Shown in pieces: positions 33,543 to 42,781 of a stretch of DNA of 64,000 bases; position 1 is the first letter of the stretch, and every line of letters starts with the position of its first letter. Source of the stretch: Candidatus Latescibacterota bacterium (GTDB lineage Bacteria; Latescibacterota; CBDEFO01); contig OZ252149.1 in the NCBI GenBank assembly GCA_965248755.1, positions 928,001-992,000 on the forward strand, given 5' to 3'. The notes below the pieces were generated by a model. It did not search any database and was not told where the DNA came from. It worked only from the letters and a program-made list of their open reading frames with translations. Both the position numbers and the translations under genes were made by a program.

Positions 33543-35885
33543 TCAGAGTCTATCCACAACAAACAGGATATCAAAAAGATTAATTACGCCATCAGCTCCA
33601 TCTCCTCTTCCGTCCACGGCATCCATAAGGAATCTCGTAACTCTATCCGCTCCTGATATCACGTCCGATACACCAGACTCAGAAATCCTGCTAAGAACTA
33701 CATCCACCAGAAAGTCCAAATCCTCCGTGCCAATCTCACCGTCCGATACTCCTCTCTCAAAAGGTGAGAACCTCGACACATCCCCCATAATCCCCGTCAC
33801 AGTCCGTATCATAAATCCTCCATCACCTGTTATTCCCACAAAATCAGAGCCCCGTCTCCAGCGTGTCACTCCTCCGATTTCATCAAACGTCCAGCTCTTG
33901 CTTGGCTCAAGACCGATATTTACTCCTATTGAAGGACCACCAGCGGAAGATAACTCCATAGCTATGAACAGAGTTTGTCCCTGAGTGATTCCTACACTGA
34001 CTCTGCCATCCTCAAACCTCGTGAATCCTTCTGATGCAAGCTGACTGAGACCTCCAGCAGGATCTATCACCTTACTTGTCAACGACACTCCCGGCTCACT
34101 GCCGCTGGCGTCAAAGACCTTCGCGACAAAGGGATTAAGTGCTACAGTGACATTATAACTCACAGCCAAAAGACTATCCCTCAATGTCCCGGCAGTGTTG
34201 ACCTTAACCGTATCTATCACGGTCTCAATAGCCGCCCTGTCCCCCACAGCATCAAAGGAGACAGTATCGGTTATCGCATCAATAGAAACAATAGTAAATC
34301 CGTTAGAGAGCGTGTCTGCCTGACCATCTGGATTTGTGACTATGACATCTACAGTACCGGCAGGATGAAGGGGAATCACAGCGGTAATGATACTATTTGA
34401 CACTACGACTACACTATCGGCTGCACTACCATCGAAAGTTACGGTCGCTCCGCTTTGGAAATTTCTCCCTGTTATCGTCACAGGCGTACTGCCCAATTCC
34501 GTGCCGGAAAGAGGATCAATAGATATCACAACAGGTACCTCCAGGACAATGAAGAGAATTTGACCGATCTCGATGTTGTCGACGAATTCGCCGCGTACGG
34601 GGTCGAATTGGTCAGCGTAACCAGCGAACAATTCGCTGCCAACTCCCCGGGCAAATATTGGTATCAGGGCATTAGTATGACCTATGCTATGCCATTCCAT
34701 GCCGGGCAAGTTGCCTTGACCGTTGTTGACCAGAGTATTCCAGACGGGTCCTGCTTCACTCTGTCCCGAACCAGGTCCGGTGAGATAACCGGTCTCGTGA
34801 TCTCCAGTCACAATTACCAACGTCTCGTCCCAACTGCTATTATCTTCTACCCAGGATACCACCACTTCCACGGCATTGTCAAAATCAATCTGCTCTTCGA
34901 TCATGCGCCCCGATAGGTTTTCATGGCTGGCCCAATCAACGGCGCCACCTTCCACCATCAGGAAGAATCCGTCCGGATCGTTGTCGAGCACATTCAGCGC
35001 CGCCCGGGTCATCTCCTCCAACGTAGGCACTGTCTCCATCAGTGGAACGACGTACGGATCAGCACTGGGGTCTCCTTCGCGCATCTCCTGCAGAGTCGAG
35101 CGCACCTTCGGCACGCCGATAACTCGCTTGGGCGTTGCCCCCGACATCAGAGACTGAAATTCAGATCGGTCCTGAATCAAGGTCCATGCATCTGCTACCC
35201 CATCACCGTCCGCATCGTTCCCAGCTGTGCCCACAATTAGAGCCTGCCAGGTAGACTCCCCACCTACGTACTTGAAGTTAGGGACACCCACAGCCATCCC
35301 ATTGTCAAAGAAGTAGGGATGGCCAGCGCCCATGATCACGTCTACCTTGCTGTCAAAAATCATTTCCTGGGCAATGTCAACGGAATTATCGCGGCTAACG
35401 TTATGCGCAACGAACCCGGCTGGAGTAGCGTGACTGAGCTGCACACTGGTAATCACCCAGGTGGCTTTACCTAACTCTTCGGATCTTTGGACGATGTTTT
35501 TCAGAGGCACTCCAGTGGCATCTACTCCGATAGCGCCGTTATTTGTCTTGACACCGGTCGCCATGGCGGTAGCCGCAGCCGCCGAATCCGTGAGTTTTTG
35601 CTTTTGATTGTCGAACTGACCCCAGGCTTCTTGAGGGTCATAGCTACCTCCGCTAGCAAAGGTGGACATAGCATATTGTACTGGAAAGCCCGCGTACACC
35701 TGGACGCCTGTCTGACCATGCTGGTATATGCTCGCAGCATCAACGTGATTGTAGCCCCAGCCATCGCAGATCAAAACAATAACGTTTAGGGGAACATTGG
35801 AGGGTGAAGCGAAGGCGTAAGATCCAGTACAAATTGAAGAAGCAAAAAGTATCGTTTTGAATAGGATTTTTGCATAATCTTTCAT
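33543..35885 (-). CDS. Secreted alkaline phosphatase + IPT/TIG domain + dockerin-like tail
   Basis: I.DG, TDSAAAATA, HATPA, EGG.VDWASH, TGDHETG; PVTITG.NF..GATV; DGVINLFD. Confidence 0.88.
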   Translation of the reverse strand: MKDYAKILFKTILFASSICTGSYAFASPSNVPLNVIVLICDGWGYNHVDAASIYQHGQTGVQVYAGFPVQYAMSTFASGGSYDPQEAWGQFDNQKQKLTDSAAAATAMATGVKTNNGAIGVDATGVPLKNIVQRSEELGKATWVITSVQLSHATPAGFVAHNVSRDNSVDIAQEMIFDSKVDVIMGAGHPYFFDNGMAVGVPNFKYVGGESTWQALIVGTAGNDADGDGVADAWTLIQDRSEFQSLMSGATPKRVIGVPKVRSTLQEMREGDPSADPYVVPLMETVPTLEEMTRAALNVLDNDPDGFFLMVEGGAVDWASHENLSGRMIEEQIDFDNAVEVVVSWVEDNSSWDETLVIVTGDHETGYLTGPGSGQSEAGPVWNTLVNNGQGNLPGMEWHSIGHTNALIPIFARGVGSELFAGYADQFDPVRGEFVDNIEIGQILFIVLEVPVVISIDPLSGTELGSTPVTITGRNFQSGATVTFDGSAADSVVVVSNSIITAVIPLHPAGTVDVIVTNPDGQADTLSNGFTIVSIDAITDTVSFDAVGDRAAIETVIDTVKVNTAGTLRDSLLAVSYNVTVALNPFVAKVFDASGSEPGVSLTSKVIDPAGGLSQLASEGFTRFEDGRVSVGITQGQTLFIAMELSSAGGPSIGVNIGLEPSKSWTFDEIGGVTRWRRGSDFVGITGDGGFMIRTVTGIMGDVSRFSPFERGVSDGEIGTEDLDFLVDVVLSRISESGVSDVISGADRVTRFLMDAVDGRGDGADGVINLFDILFVVDRL

Positions 35886-36237
35886 TCTTCTCCTTCTTTT
35901 ATAGCATCCCACACTTGAAACCGAATAATTAGTTCACAAATTCGAGGCGTTTACCATCACAGCGCATGGCACTACAGTTGTGTGTGTCGACACTACAGTA
36001 GAAAGGAACACCAAGACAGAAAAACTTACCAACTTCCCCTTCCATTAGGGAATCATTAGATTCTTTTCTGAAGGGTGGTAATCAGCCTTGTGAGGTCAAA
36101 TTCACTTTTTAAACGAAGTTTATGAATTAATCGGGTTAGAAACTTATTCGGATGACTTCACGTTTATGGGAGTCTACCACGCCGACTTGGAGTTTTCCAC
36201 CACCACCTCACGAACGAATATGGAATGCGTCAAAACT

Positions 36238-37065
36238 CTACGCGTTAGGCGCATGTTGATCCCTGCGAGGTGGAATCTCTGTCCCTCTCAATTCTCTTAT
36301 TAATTCAATGAGTCCCTCAATTGCCGCTTCTAGAAACTTCTTCCCCTTTTCCACAGTCGCCTTGGTAGCATCACCCATCACGCCGCTTGCTGTCTGTGAA
36401 CTCCAGTAGGGTATCAAACGTGCAGCCGAACCTTCAGGATGAGCGCCACCGGCCAGGATGTCGATCTTGAAGCTGGGCGGAAGAGGCGATCTCTCATCAA
36501 CAGCCTTGCTCATATCTACAAGCTCGGGTTGTAATGCAAGATAGAGGGATGTTTCAAATTCCCCTGCATGTCCCGTCCCTCCATAGTCCGATTCTCTTAT
36601 AGCATTACCAACTTCTTTGACTCTCCGAAGATCCCAGTGGTTGACCGATGCGCAGAGTATCTTTCCATCGTACTCCATATTGGATAATCGCGCCGAAAGG
36701 TCTAATGGGGAACTATTACTTCCGTGACCGTTGACGACCAGAATTCGCTTGAAACCGTGATGGGCAAGGCTGCAGCAGACATCCTTGACATATTTGATAA
36801 AGGTATCCCAACCGATCGTGATCGTGCCGTGAAAATCCATGTGATGTGGGCTGTAGCCGTGTGTCACAGGGGGTGCTAAGATGGCTTCAGATGGGATGCG
36901 CGCCACCGCGCGTTCTGAGATCTGTGTGCAGAGGAGAACATCAGTATCAATAGGGAGGTGTGGGCCGTGATCCTCGTACGTTGCAACGGGTAGAACTGCC
37001 ACGCGATCCTGTTCCGCTGCCTCTTTGCACTCGTACCAGATCATCTCAGCATAGCGGTATTTCAT
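36238..37065 (-). CDS. Creatininase/MftE-family amidohydrolase
   Basis: E.HGPHLP..TD, NGHGSN, HAGEFETS, SG..GD; start MKYRY with SD aaggag. Confidence 0.92.
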   Translation of the reverse strand: MKYRYAEMIWYECKEAAEQDRVAVLPVATYEDHGPHLPIDTDVLLCTQISERAVARIPSEAILAPPVTHGYSPHHMDFHGTITIGWDTFIKYVKDVCCSLAHHGFKRILVVNGHGSNSSPLDLSARLSNMEYDGKILCASVNHWDLRRVKEVGNAIRESDYGGTGHAGEFETSLYLALQPELVDMSKAVDERSPLPPSFKIDILAGGAHPEGSAARLIPYWSSQTASGVMGDATKATVEKGKKFLEAAIEGLIELIRELRGTEIPPRRDQHAPNA

Positions 37066-37201
37066 ATCTCTCTCCTTGGTTTCAGGCGGGTTAGTGTTGT
37101 CAAACTGCCCCACACCCGAGAGTCCCGGAAGCGTCTTGCGCCGACGAGGCGTCTTCAATCTGTTCCAGCCGATTCGACCAGCCCATTCAAATAGAGGAGA
37201 G

Positions 37202-38221
37202 TTACGATGCGTCCGGCGATGCTTCCAGCAGGGCGAGGAGATCTTCGGCTTTCTTGCGCTTGGCCGGGTCAGGGTCGCGAGCGACAATCCGCTGAAGCAC
37301 GGAAAAGGCGCGTGGGTCACCGTCCTCGGCCATTTCAAAGGCCAGCCGATCGCGCTTTTCCTGGTAGCTGCTGTCGTACGCCTTGACCTTCAAATCCCAC
37401 TTTTGCCAGTAGTACTTCAACTCGCTGGGCGGCCAACCGGCGTAAATCTCCTCCCAGGTGTTCGGCTGGCTGTGCGGCTCCAGGCTGCCGGGCGAGATGG
37501 GGTCGCTGACTTTCTGGTACCTGCCGTCCACAGACATCCTAAGTCGGTCTGACGTGCAGGGCAGCCCCTTGTGCACGGCCATGCTGTGAAAGATAAGCAC
37601 GTCCGACTTCCTGAACGGATTGCTCACCCAGGTGCCTTCCAGCGGATCGGTAACCTCCGTACCTCCGGCGCCTAAGGACGGGCGAAAATCGTAGATGCCG
37701 TGCCGGTGCGAGCCGGCCGCAATCTGAAGGCCCCCTAATTCGGGCGGCACATCACTCAACGGGATCCATGCGGTGTAGGTATCGGCGGTGCCCTGGATAG
37801 GGATAAAGTCCTGATGCGGCGGCGTGGTAAACGCCTCCCGCTGAGGGAAGATCGTCCTGCCGATGATGCGTGGGTGCGGCATCACCGGCTCGCCCAACAT
37901 CCGCTCAAAGATCGCGATTAGGTTGGGATGATGCTGCAGCGCGTGGAACTCCCGGAGCTTGTACATATGGTAATAGACCTGCATGTACTTCGGCTCAGGC
38001 TCGACACAAAAGCCGTTCAGGTCTGCAATGGCGTCTTCCAGAGATGTATCGGCCTTGACCCAACCCGCCTGACGCGCGATCTCTAGCAACTGCATCCGCA
38101 GGCTCTCCAACATATCGTCGGGCAGCAGGGAGCGGATGAACAGGTACCCGTCTTTCTGCATGCGCTTCTGCAGTTCAGAACCGTTATCTACGATGTCTGT
38201 CGAATCCAGAAAAGGTTGCAT
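37202..38221 (-). CDS. Phytanoyl-CoA dioxygenase (PhyH) family Fe/2OG oxygenase
   Basis: TPPHQD, TAWIPL, GSH, FHS...H, R.S.D.R. Confidence 0.9.
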   Translation of the reverse strand: MQPFLDSTDIVDNGSELQKRMQKDGYLFIRSLLPDDMLESLRMQLLEIARQAGWVKADTSLEDAIADLNGFCVEPEPKYMQVYYHMYKLREFHALQHHPNLIAIFERMLGEPVMPHPRIIGRTIFPQREAFTTPPHQDFIPIQGTADTYTAWIPLSDVPPELGGLQIAAGSHRHGIYDFRPSLGAGGTEVTDPLEGTWVSNPFRKSDVLIFHSMAVHKGLPCTSDRLRMSVDGRYQKVSDPISPGSLEPHSQPNTWEEIYAGWPPSELKYYWQKWDLKVKAYDSSYQEKRDRLAFEMAEDGDPRAFSVLQRIVARDPDPAKRKKAEDLLALLEASPDAS

Positions 38222-38283
38222 GTGTTGCTCTCCGTATGAGGGTTTCAGGGGATGGACTGTGCTGTTGCAGGATAGACAGGGAA

Positions 38284-38451
38284 TTACTTTCCTACAGGTG
38301 AAGCCCCTGCCGGCTCATCGCCTTTAGCATCCAGAATTTCCACGATTCCGCACCCAGATACTGCGTCGGCGTTGATTAAGCGCTTCTTTCCACTGAGGGG
38401 AATGGATTCGCCTGGTGTTATCGGAAGCAGGCCAGACGATGAATATGCTCC
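38284..38451 (-). pseudogene. Possible C-terminal remnant of a carbohydrate-active protein
   Basis: IPLSGKKRLINADAVSG..IVEILDAKG resembles beta-sandwich tails of propeller hydrolases; no start. Confidence 0.25.
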
Positions 38452-38512
38452 ATTAAGTAAGCAATCCAGTTTTCAGAAAAACCACGATCTTGCATCTCTA
38501 TTGCCCTCATAC

Positions 38513-38564
38513 CGTTAAGCCTAATACGTTAAGCCTAATACGTTAAGCCTAATGCCATTAAGCC
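38513..38564. repeat. 14-bp tandem repeat, three copies plus a degenerate partial
   Basis: cgttaagcctaata x2, cgttaagcctaatg, cattaagcc. Confidence 0.9.
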
Positions 38565-38565
38565 A

Positions 38566-38624
38566 CTTCAGCCGCAGACGAATCGTGCACCGAGTTGGCA
38601 ATCTGCTGCAAGAGACAGTTGGAG
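38566..38624 (-). other. attC-like site remnant
   Basis: ctccaac-5nt-cttgcagc ... gctgaag; L boxes pair with one extrahelical base; R' disrupted. Confidence 0.5.
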
Positions 38625-38629
38625 ATGCA

Positions 38630-39100
38630 CTACGCAAAGTACGTAAGAACCTGCTCGGCGAACTTCTCCCACCCCAAGGCAGTAAGCGCTATCGGACGAA
38701 CTCGGCGTACGGTATTGATCGCCTCGTTAGGAGACAGACCAGAATGCTGCATGAGGAAATAACAGAGAAAAAGCCCCGTTCTATCTTTGCCCGCCGAGCA
38801 GTGAACCAAGACTCCACGATCCTTCTCTATCTGCGCCCTGACGAACTCATAGGCTTTAGGGAGGGCGTCCAGGCAGATTTTGTCGTCACCTGGAAGTGGG
38901 GGCGCGTGGTTGGACAAGGGCACACAGGCGTAGCTAATATCATATACCTCGAAGTCCTCTCGATTGCACAATAGGCCGTCGTTCACAGACAGGACAGCGC
39001 CAATGCCGCCCTCTCGCAAAGATTTCAGGTTCCATGGATACTGATCAGGCCCAGCCCGACCAGCCAATTTTTCAGGTATTATCCAGAACAGTTTGTCCAT
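38630..39100 (-). CDS. Dual-specificity protein phosphatase
   Basis: VLVHCSAGKDRTG (CX5R), DH-equivalent loop, VRRVRP. Confidence 0.92.
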   Translation of the reverse strand: MDKLFWIIPEKLAGRAGPDQYPWNLKSLREGGIGAVLSVNDGLLCNREDFEVYDISYACVPLSNHAPPLPGDDKICLDALPKAYEFVRAQIEKDRGVLVHCSAGKDRTGLFLCYFLMQHSGLSPNEAINTVRRVRPIALTALGWEKFAEQVLTYFA

Positions 39101-39292
39101 TTCCCCCCCCCAATTTAGGCAACCGTAAACAAGTAGATAGAGCTACCCCCTGCTCCCTCTATCTGCTAATCTTGCAACTCACCTCGTCATGTGGGGGATG
39201 AAGACAGTAAAAATGGGTCCGAATGCAGTCTTGTAGCAACGGCCATTAGTGAGCTAATCAGACCTTAGCGTTTTCACTCCGATATGGTTCAC

Positions 39293-39367
39293 AAGATAGG
39301 ACAAAACATGATAAATGTCAATGAAAATCATGCAGGCATTGACAGACAGAAAGGTATATATTATCTT
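39293..39367. promoter_or_regulatory. Back-to-back sigma70-type promoters
   Basis: TTGACA-17-TATCTT on minus (39293-39321) and on plus (39339-39367). Confidence 0.55.
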
Positions 39368-40101
39368 GAATTTTATCTACACTTAACTTGGTAGTAGATA
39401 CGCCCCACCTACTGTCCACTGGAAACGTGGATGCACTATGCTGAGGCCTGTTGCTCACAGGAGATTTTCCGGTGGGATATTGAGGGACTATCTGGATCAG
39501 TTGCCGTCAGATCAGAGGTAATCAGGATCCAAAACATTCGTGTGGCGGCTGTTCAACTGGCATTGTTGTCGGGTAAAGGCACATGGTATCCATCCTTGAT
39601 AAAGATAGAGAGAAGAGAGTCAAGAATCAAGACTGGGAAGTTAAAAAGTTGAGGGTCGAGGTTTTCTGTGAGTGTATGTTCGATTGCTATCTGGAGAGGG
39701 GTTTTGGATTCTTTGTAGCTATTATGTCTTTGGGTATTGAACAGCCATTGATAAGTCTGGAGTTTCCGGCAGAGGTTGGCACGGTTGGTAGTCTTGATGG
39801 TGTCGTAGAATTCATATTCGATTAGGCCGTGGGCGCGTTCTACATCGGATTGGTATGTGGTAGCCCCTGGTGGGATGCGTTTATGTTCTATGCCTCTTTG
39901 TTGGATGAGGTCGGTAAAGAGGGTCTTTTTGAGGGCATCCTTATGTATTGACGAATTCGCTGCCGTTGTCGGTTTGGATCTTTCGTGGATAGACCTATTG
40001 GTCTTCCAGGTGTTGGAGTAATGCTTCGGCCAAGATGCAGGAGTTGATCAGGCTCATACTGCTCCCCTTGACAGAGCGACAAATATTTCGCAAATTGGGG
40101 T

Positions 40102-40431
40102 TTGAGAAGGGAGGTCAAATTGTCAAGCCCCGAAGTGAAAGATGGTAAGCGCTGGACGGCGACCCGTAAGGTAGAGGTGGTGTTGGCTGTTTTGAAAGGA
40201 GCGAATGTATCAGAGGTGTGTCGGAAGAATGGAATTAGCCAGTCACAGGCGTATGCTTGGCGTGATAGTTTCTTAGAAGGAGGCCAGGAGAGTCTGAAGT
40301 CTCGGCGTGGTCGCAAGGATCCGAAGGAGCGGGAGGTCAGCCGGTTGGAGCGTAAGTTAGGGCAGTTAACCCTCCAGTTGGAGATACTCGAGGAGGTAGC
40401 CCGTCTAAAAAAAACGAAGCGGTTGCCTTGA
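40102..40431 (+). CDS. IS3 transposase OrfA
   Basis: HTH SEVCRKNGIS..Y.W, leucine zipper LERKLGQL. Confidence 0.88.
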   Translation: MRREVKLSSPEVKDGKRWTATRKVEVVLAVLKGANVSEVCRKNGISQSQAYAWRDSFLEGGQESLKSRRGRKDPKEREVSRLERKLGQLTLQLEILEEVARLKKTKRLP

Positions 40432-41291
40432 GTGGGCGGTTTTTGGGTCGAGGCTATTCCCATAAGGTGGTAGCTATGGCTTTGGCTTTGCATCGTTCGA
40501 CTCTGTATAGGCTCAGGGATAGAGGTGTCAGTTCTTCTGTCGAAGAGTCTGTGATAGATGAACAGCTTGCTTTTCGTGTTCGAGGGATACTCGACCAAGA
40601 AGAGGTATTTGGTCACAGGCGGGTTTGGGCGCAACTTCGTTTCAAGGAAGGGGTATGTGTCAACATCAAGAAGGTTCATAGGATAATGAAGCTTAAGGGG
40701 TGGCAGTGTAAGCTGTGGAATCGTCCCGGGAGAAAGGGGCCACAGGTTGCCCAGAAGCGTTCTGTGATGGAGCGTCCTGACAGTCTCTGGTCGGCTGACT
40801 TGACCAAGATCTATTGTGGGGAAGACGGTTGGTGTCCTCTTATTGCGGTGGTGGACAACGGGAGTCGGGAGGTTCCCGGGTATCGTTTTAGTCGAAAAGA
40901 GAGGGCGATGGAGGCCACAGATGCCCTGGATCGGGCCGTGATCTCTCGATACACTTCCAAGGAGGCTGTCCCCCAGGGTCTCACTGTGCGCTCTGACAAT
41001 GGTTCCATCTTTTTGGCTCGGGCCTATTTGGCCAGTACCGAATATTGGGGAATTCGTCAGGAGTACATACCAAGTGGTAAGCCCGATTGGAACGGTGTTG
41101 TAGAGCGTTTTTTCAGGACCCTCAAGCAAGAGTGTGTTTGGATTCACAATTTTGAATCCTTTGAACAGGCTGAGAAGATCATATCTCAGTGGATCGATAA
41201 TTACAACAAGAACAGGCTTCATTCATCCCTGGGATATAAGACCCCAGAAGAGTGGAGAAAACAATTCTATCTACTACCCCAGGTTGCTTAA
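40428..41291 (+). CDS. IS3 transposase OrfB (DDE)
   Basis: FGHRRV, WSADLT, SDNG, ERFFRTLK.E, YN..R.HSSLGYKTP. Confidence 0.92.
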   Translation: MSGRFLGRGYSHKVVAMALALHRSTLYRLRDRGVSSSVEESVIDEQLAFRVRGILDQEEVFGHRRVWAQLRFKEGVCVNIKKVHRIMKLKGWQCKLWNRPGRKGPQVAQKRSVMERPDSLWSADLTKIYCGEDGWCPLIAVVDNGSREVPGYRFSRKERAMEATDALDRAVISRYTSKEAVPQGLTVRSDNGSIFLARAYLASTEYWGIRQEYIPSGKPDWNGVVERFFRTLKQECVWIHNFESFEQAEKIISQWIDNYNKNRLHSSLGYKTPEEWRKQFYLLPQVA

Positions 41292-42085
41292 TTTGTGTCG
41301 CTTTCCTAGGGGGGCAGTACAGGCTCTGTTCGTCTGCCAGGCTTACGAAGAGACCTCCTGTCTTGATATCTCTGGCAGTATACTCAAACATAGGGAGTTG
41401 AGCACCTGTTTTGTAGTGTTGTTTCAGGTAGTTGGGGATATCGCACAGATGTTTGACATCGATCTGGATATATTCAAAGGGGCGTAGTTTCTTTTTCCAC
41501 TGGCACACAAGTTTCTTTCTCCTCCATTTTCGCCTGCGTTTCTTTATGAGATTGTGTTTTTTCCAGATAGCATAGGCAGTCGGCTTGGAGGGGATTTGAT
41601 CAGTTGGAACATTTTGTTTTTGCAGAAAGCCCAATAGATAGGGATATCCCAAAGAACGATGGGTCTGTCGGAACTTTACGATGATCTTTCTGATCTCCTC
41701 CGGTAACAAATAGTGAGGGTTTATGGGTGCTTTCGTATGATTTTCTAGACTCTTCAAGGATCGGTCTTCAAGATAACGTTTGAGCCATTTCCTTACGCTT
41801 TTGCGTGTTGTATTAAAAGCCCTTGCAGCATACGAGACACCGTATTGTTGAGCAGTCTGAACCATCTTGATACGAAGATCAACAGGATTACGATTAAGAA
41901 CAAGAACATCACTATAAGTGATAGCATTCTCCATGGTATCTACCCTCCTTTTTTCAGTCCTCACCTAAATATAGGCAAAATTATCCCATAAGGGTGCATA
42001 CCATGTGTCTTTACTCTTCTGTTTTGTGATCTTTCCCTGTTCATTCGAGATCCTCCGCAATTGTTTTGCACCTGACATTTGTTTC

Positions 42086-42114
42086 TTGACAAGACGAGCG
42101 ATATAGATTACAGT
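42086..42114 (+). promoter_or_regulatory. sigma70-type promoter
   Basis: TTGACA-17nt-TACAGT. Confidence 0.55.
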
Positions 42115-42167
42115 ATACTATACTAAGGTACACTATCACACGAGTTATCAAAAAAAGGGGGTTAACG

Positions 42168-42563
42168 ATGTCCAAGTCCGGACCGTATTTAGAGAGGCTG
42201 TTCAGGGAGTTTCATGAGGATATGGAGAGGCTTGATAGGGAAGATCCGCAGGAGTACGAGAGGCTTCAGAACGATCCAGGTGAGCTGGACATACCGGAGG
42301 AGGAAATACAAGCGTTTCTGGAGGAATTTAAGAGGGAAGGTCCAGAGGGATATAAGAAGCTTCAGGAGGAGGTCAGGAAGGAGTGGATGGTCGAGGCTGG
42401 AGAGGCATACGGAGCGTATGTCAAAGGGTGCCAAGAAAGGGGGCTTTTCCGGGAGAACAAAACAAAGTTTGGAAGACGAATGGGAGAAAGATTTGAAAGG
42501 CGCAGGTCACATGGAAAGACGTACTATCTTGGCCTGAGACTTAGGAAAGAGGGGGATATTTAA
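42168..42563 (+). CDS. Hypothetical protein with P4/D5 primase-like C-terminal winged helix
   Basis: Y.AY...C.E.G......KFGRRM..RFERRRS.G..YYLGLRL pattern; acidic helical N-terminus. Confidence 0.6.
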   Translation: MSKSGPYLERLFREFHEDMERLDREDPQEYERLQNDPGELDIPEEEIQAFLEEFKREGPEGYKKLQEEVRKEWMVEAGEAYGAYVKGCQERGLFRENKTKFGRRMGERFERRRSHGKTYYLGLRLRKEGDI

Positions 42564-42567
42564 AGCA

Positions 42568-42775
42568 GCACCCGACCTGCACCCGCTACAAGCCCCGTAA
42601 CTGCTGCACCTATGCCAAACGGGTGCAGGTGGAGCAGGTTTTTCGGTATTGTTGTATTGTAAATGATACTCAAATATATACAACAAGATACTGCAAAAAC
42701 CGTGTAAACCCGTACCCAGGTGTCTTTTAGAGAGTCCTGACGCGGGTTCTGGCGGGTGCGGGTTGGGTGCAGGTT
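42568..42775. repeat. Iteron-like GCACC/GGTGC repeats in nested inverted arrangement around AT-rich core
   Basis: gcacccgacctgcacccgc pairs 17/19 with gcgggtgcgggttgggtgc; about 8 motif copies. Confidence 0.75.
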
Positions 42776-42781
42776 CCGGGT

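Larger units (their letters stand above)
40055..41321 (+). mobile_element. IS3-family insertion sequence, copy 1
   Basis: Ends catactgctcccc / ggggcagtaca, 4-bp TSD ggct, orfA/orfB in -1 frame with A8 run. Confidence 0.93.
39573..42014 (-). mobile_element. IS481-like element, transposase interrupted by IS3 and decayed
   Basis: About 25-bp imperfect IRs gtaaag(g/a)cacatggtat(c/g)ca(t/c)cctt; N-half (HTH, IQIDVK) rejoins C-half (IQTDNGSEF, QSDVERAH) after IS3 removal; C-half has TAG and frameshift. Confidence 0.85.

Noticed and set aside
35969..36000. cactacagt direct repeat upstream of alkaline phosphatase as a Pho box
   Set aside because: Does not match the PhoB consensus or 11-bp periodicity; only two copies.
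38513..38564. CRISPR array
   Set aside because: 14-bp units without spacers; no cas genes in the window.
39888..41222. 444-aa and 410-aa (50296-51528) ORFs antisense to the IS3 copies
   Set aside because: Shadow frames of the transposase; Pro/Thr/Arg-rich with no motifs, and their ends differ with the flanking DNA.
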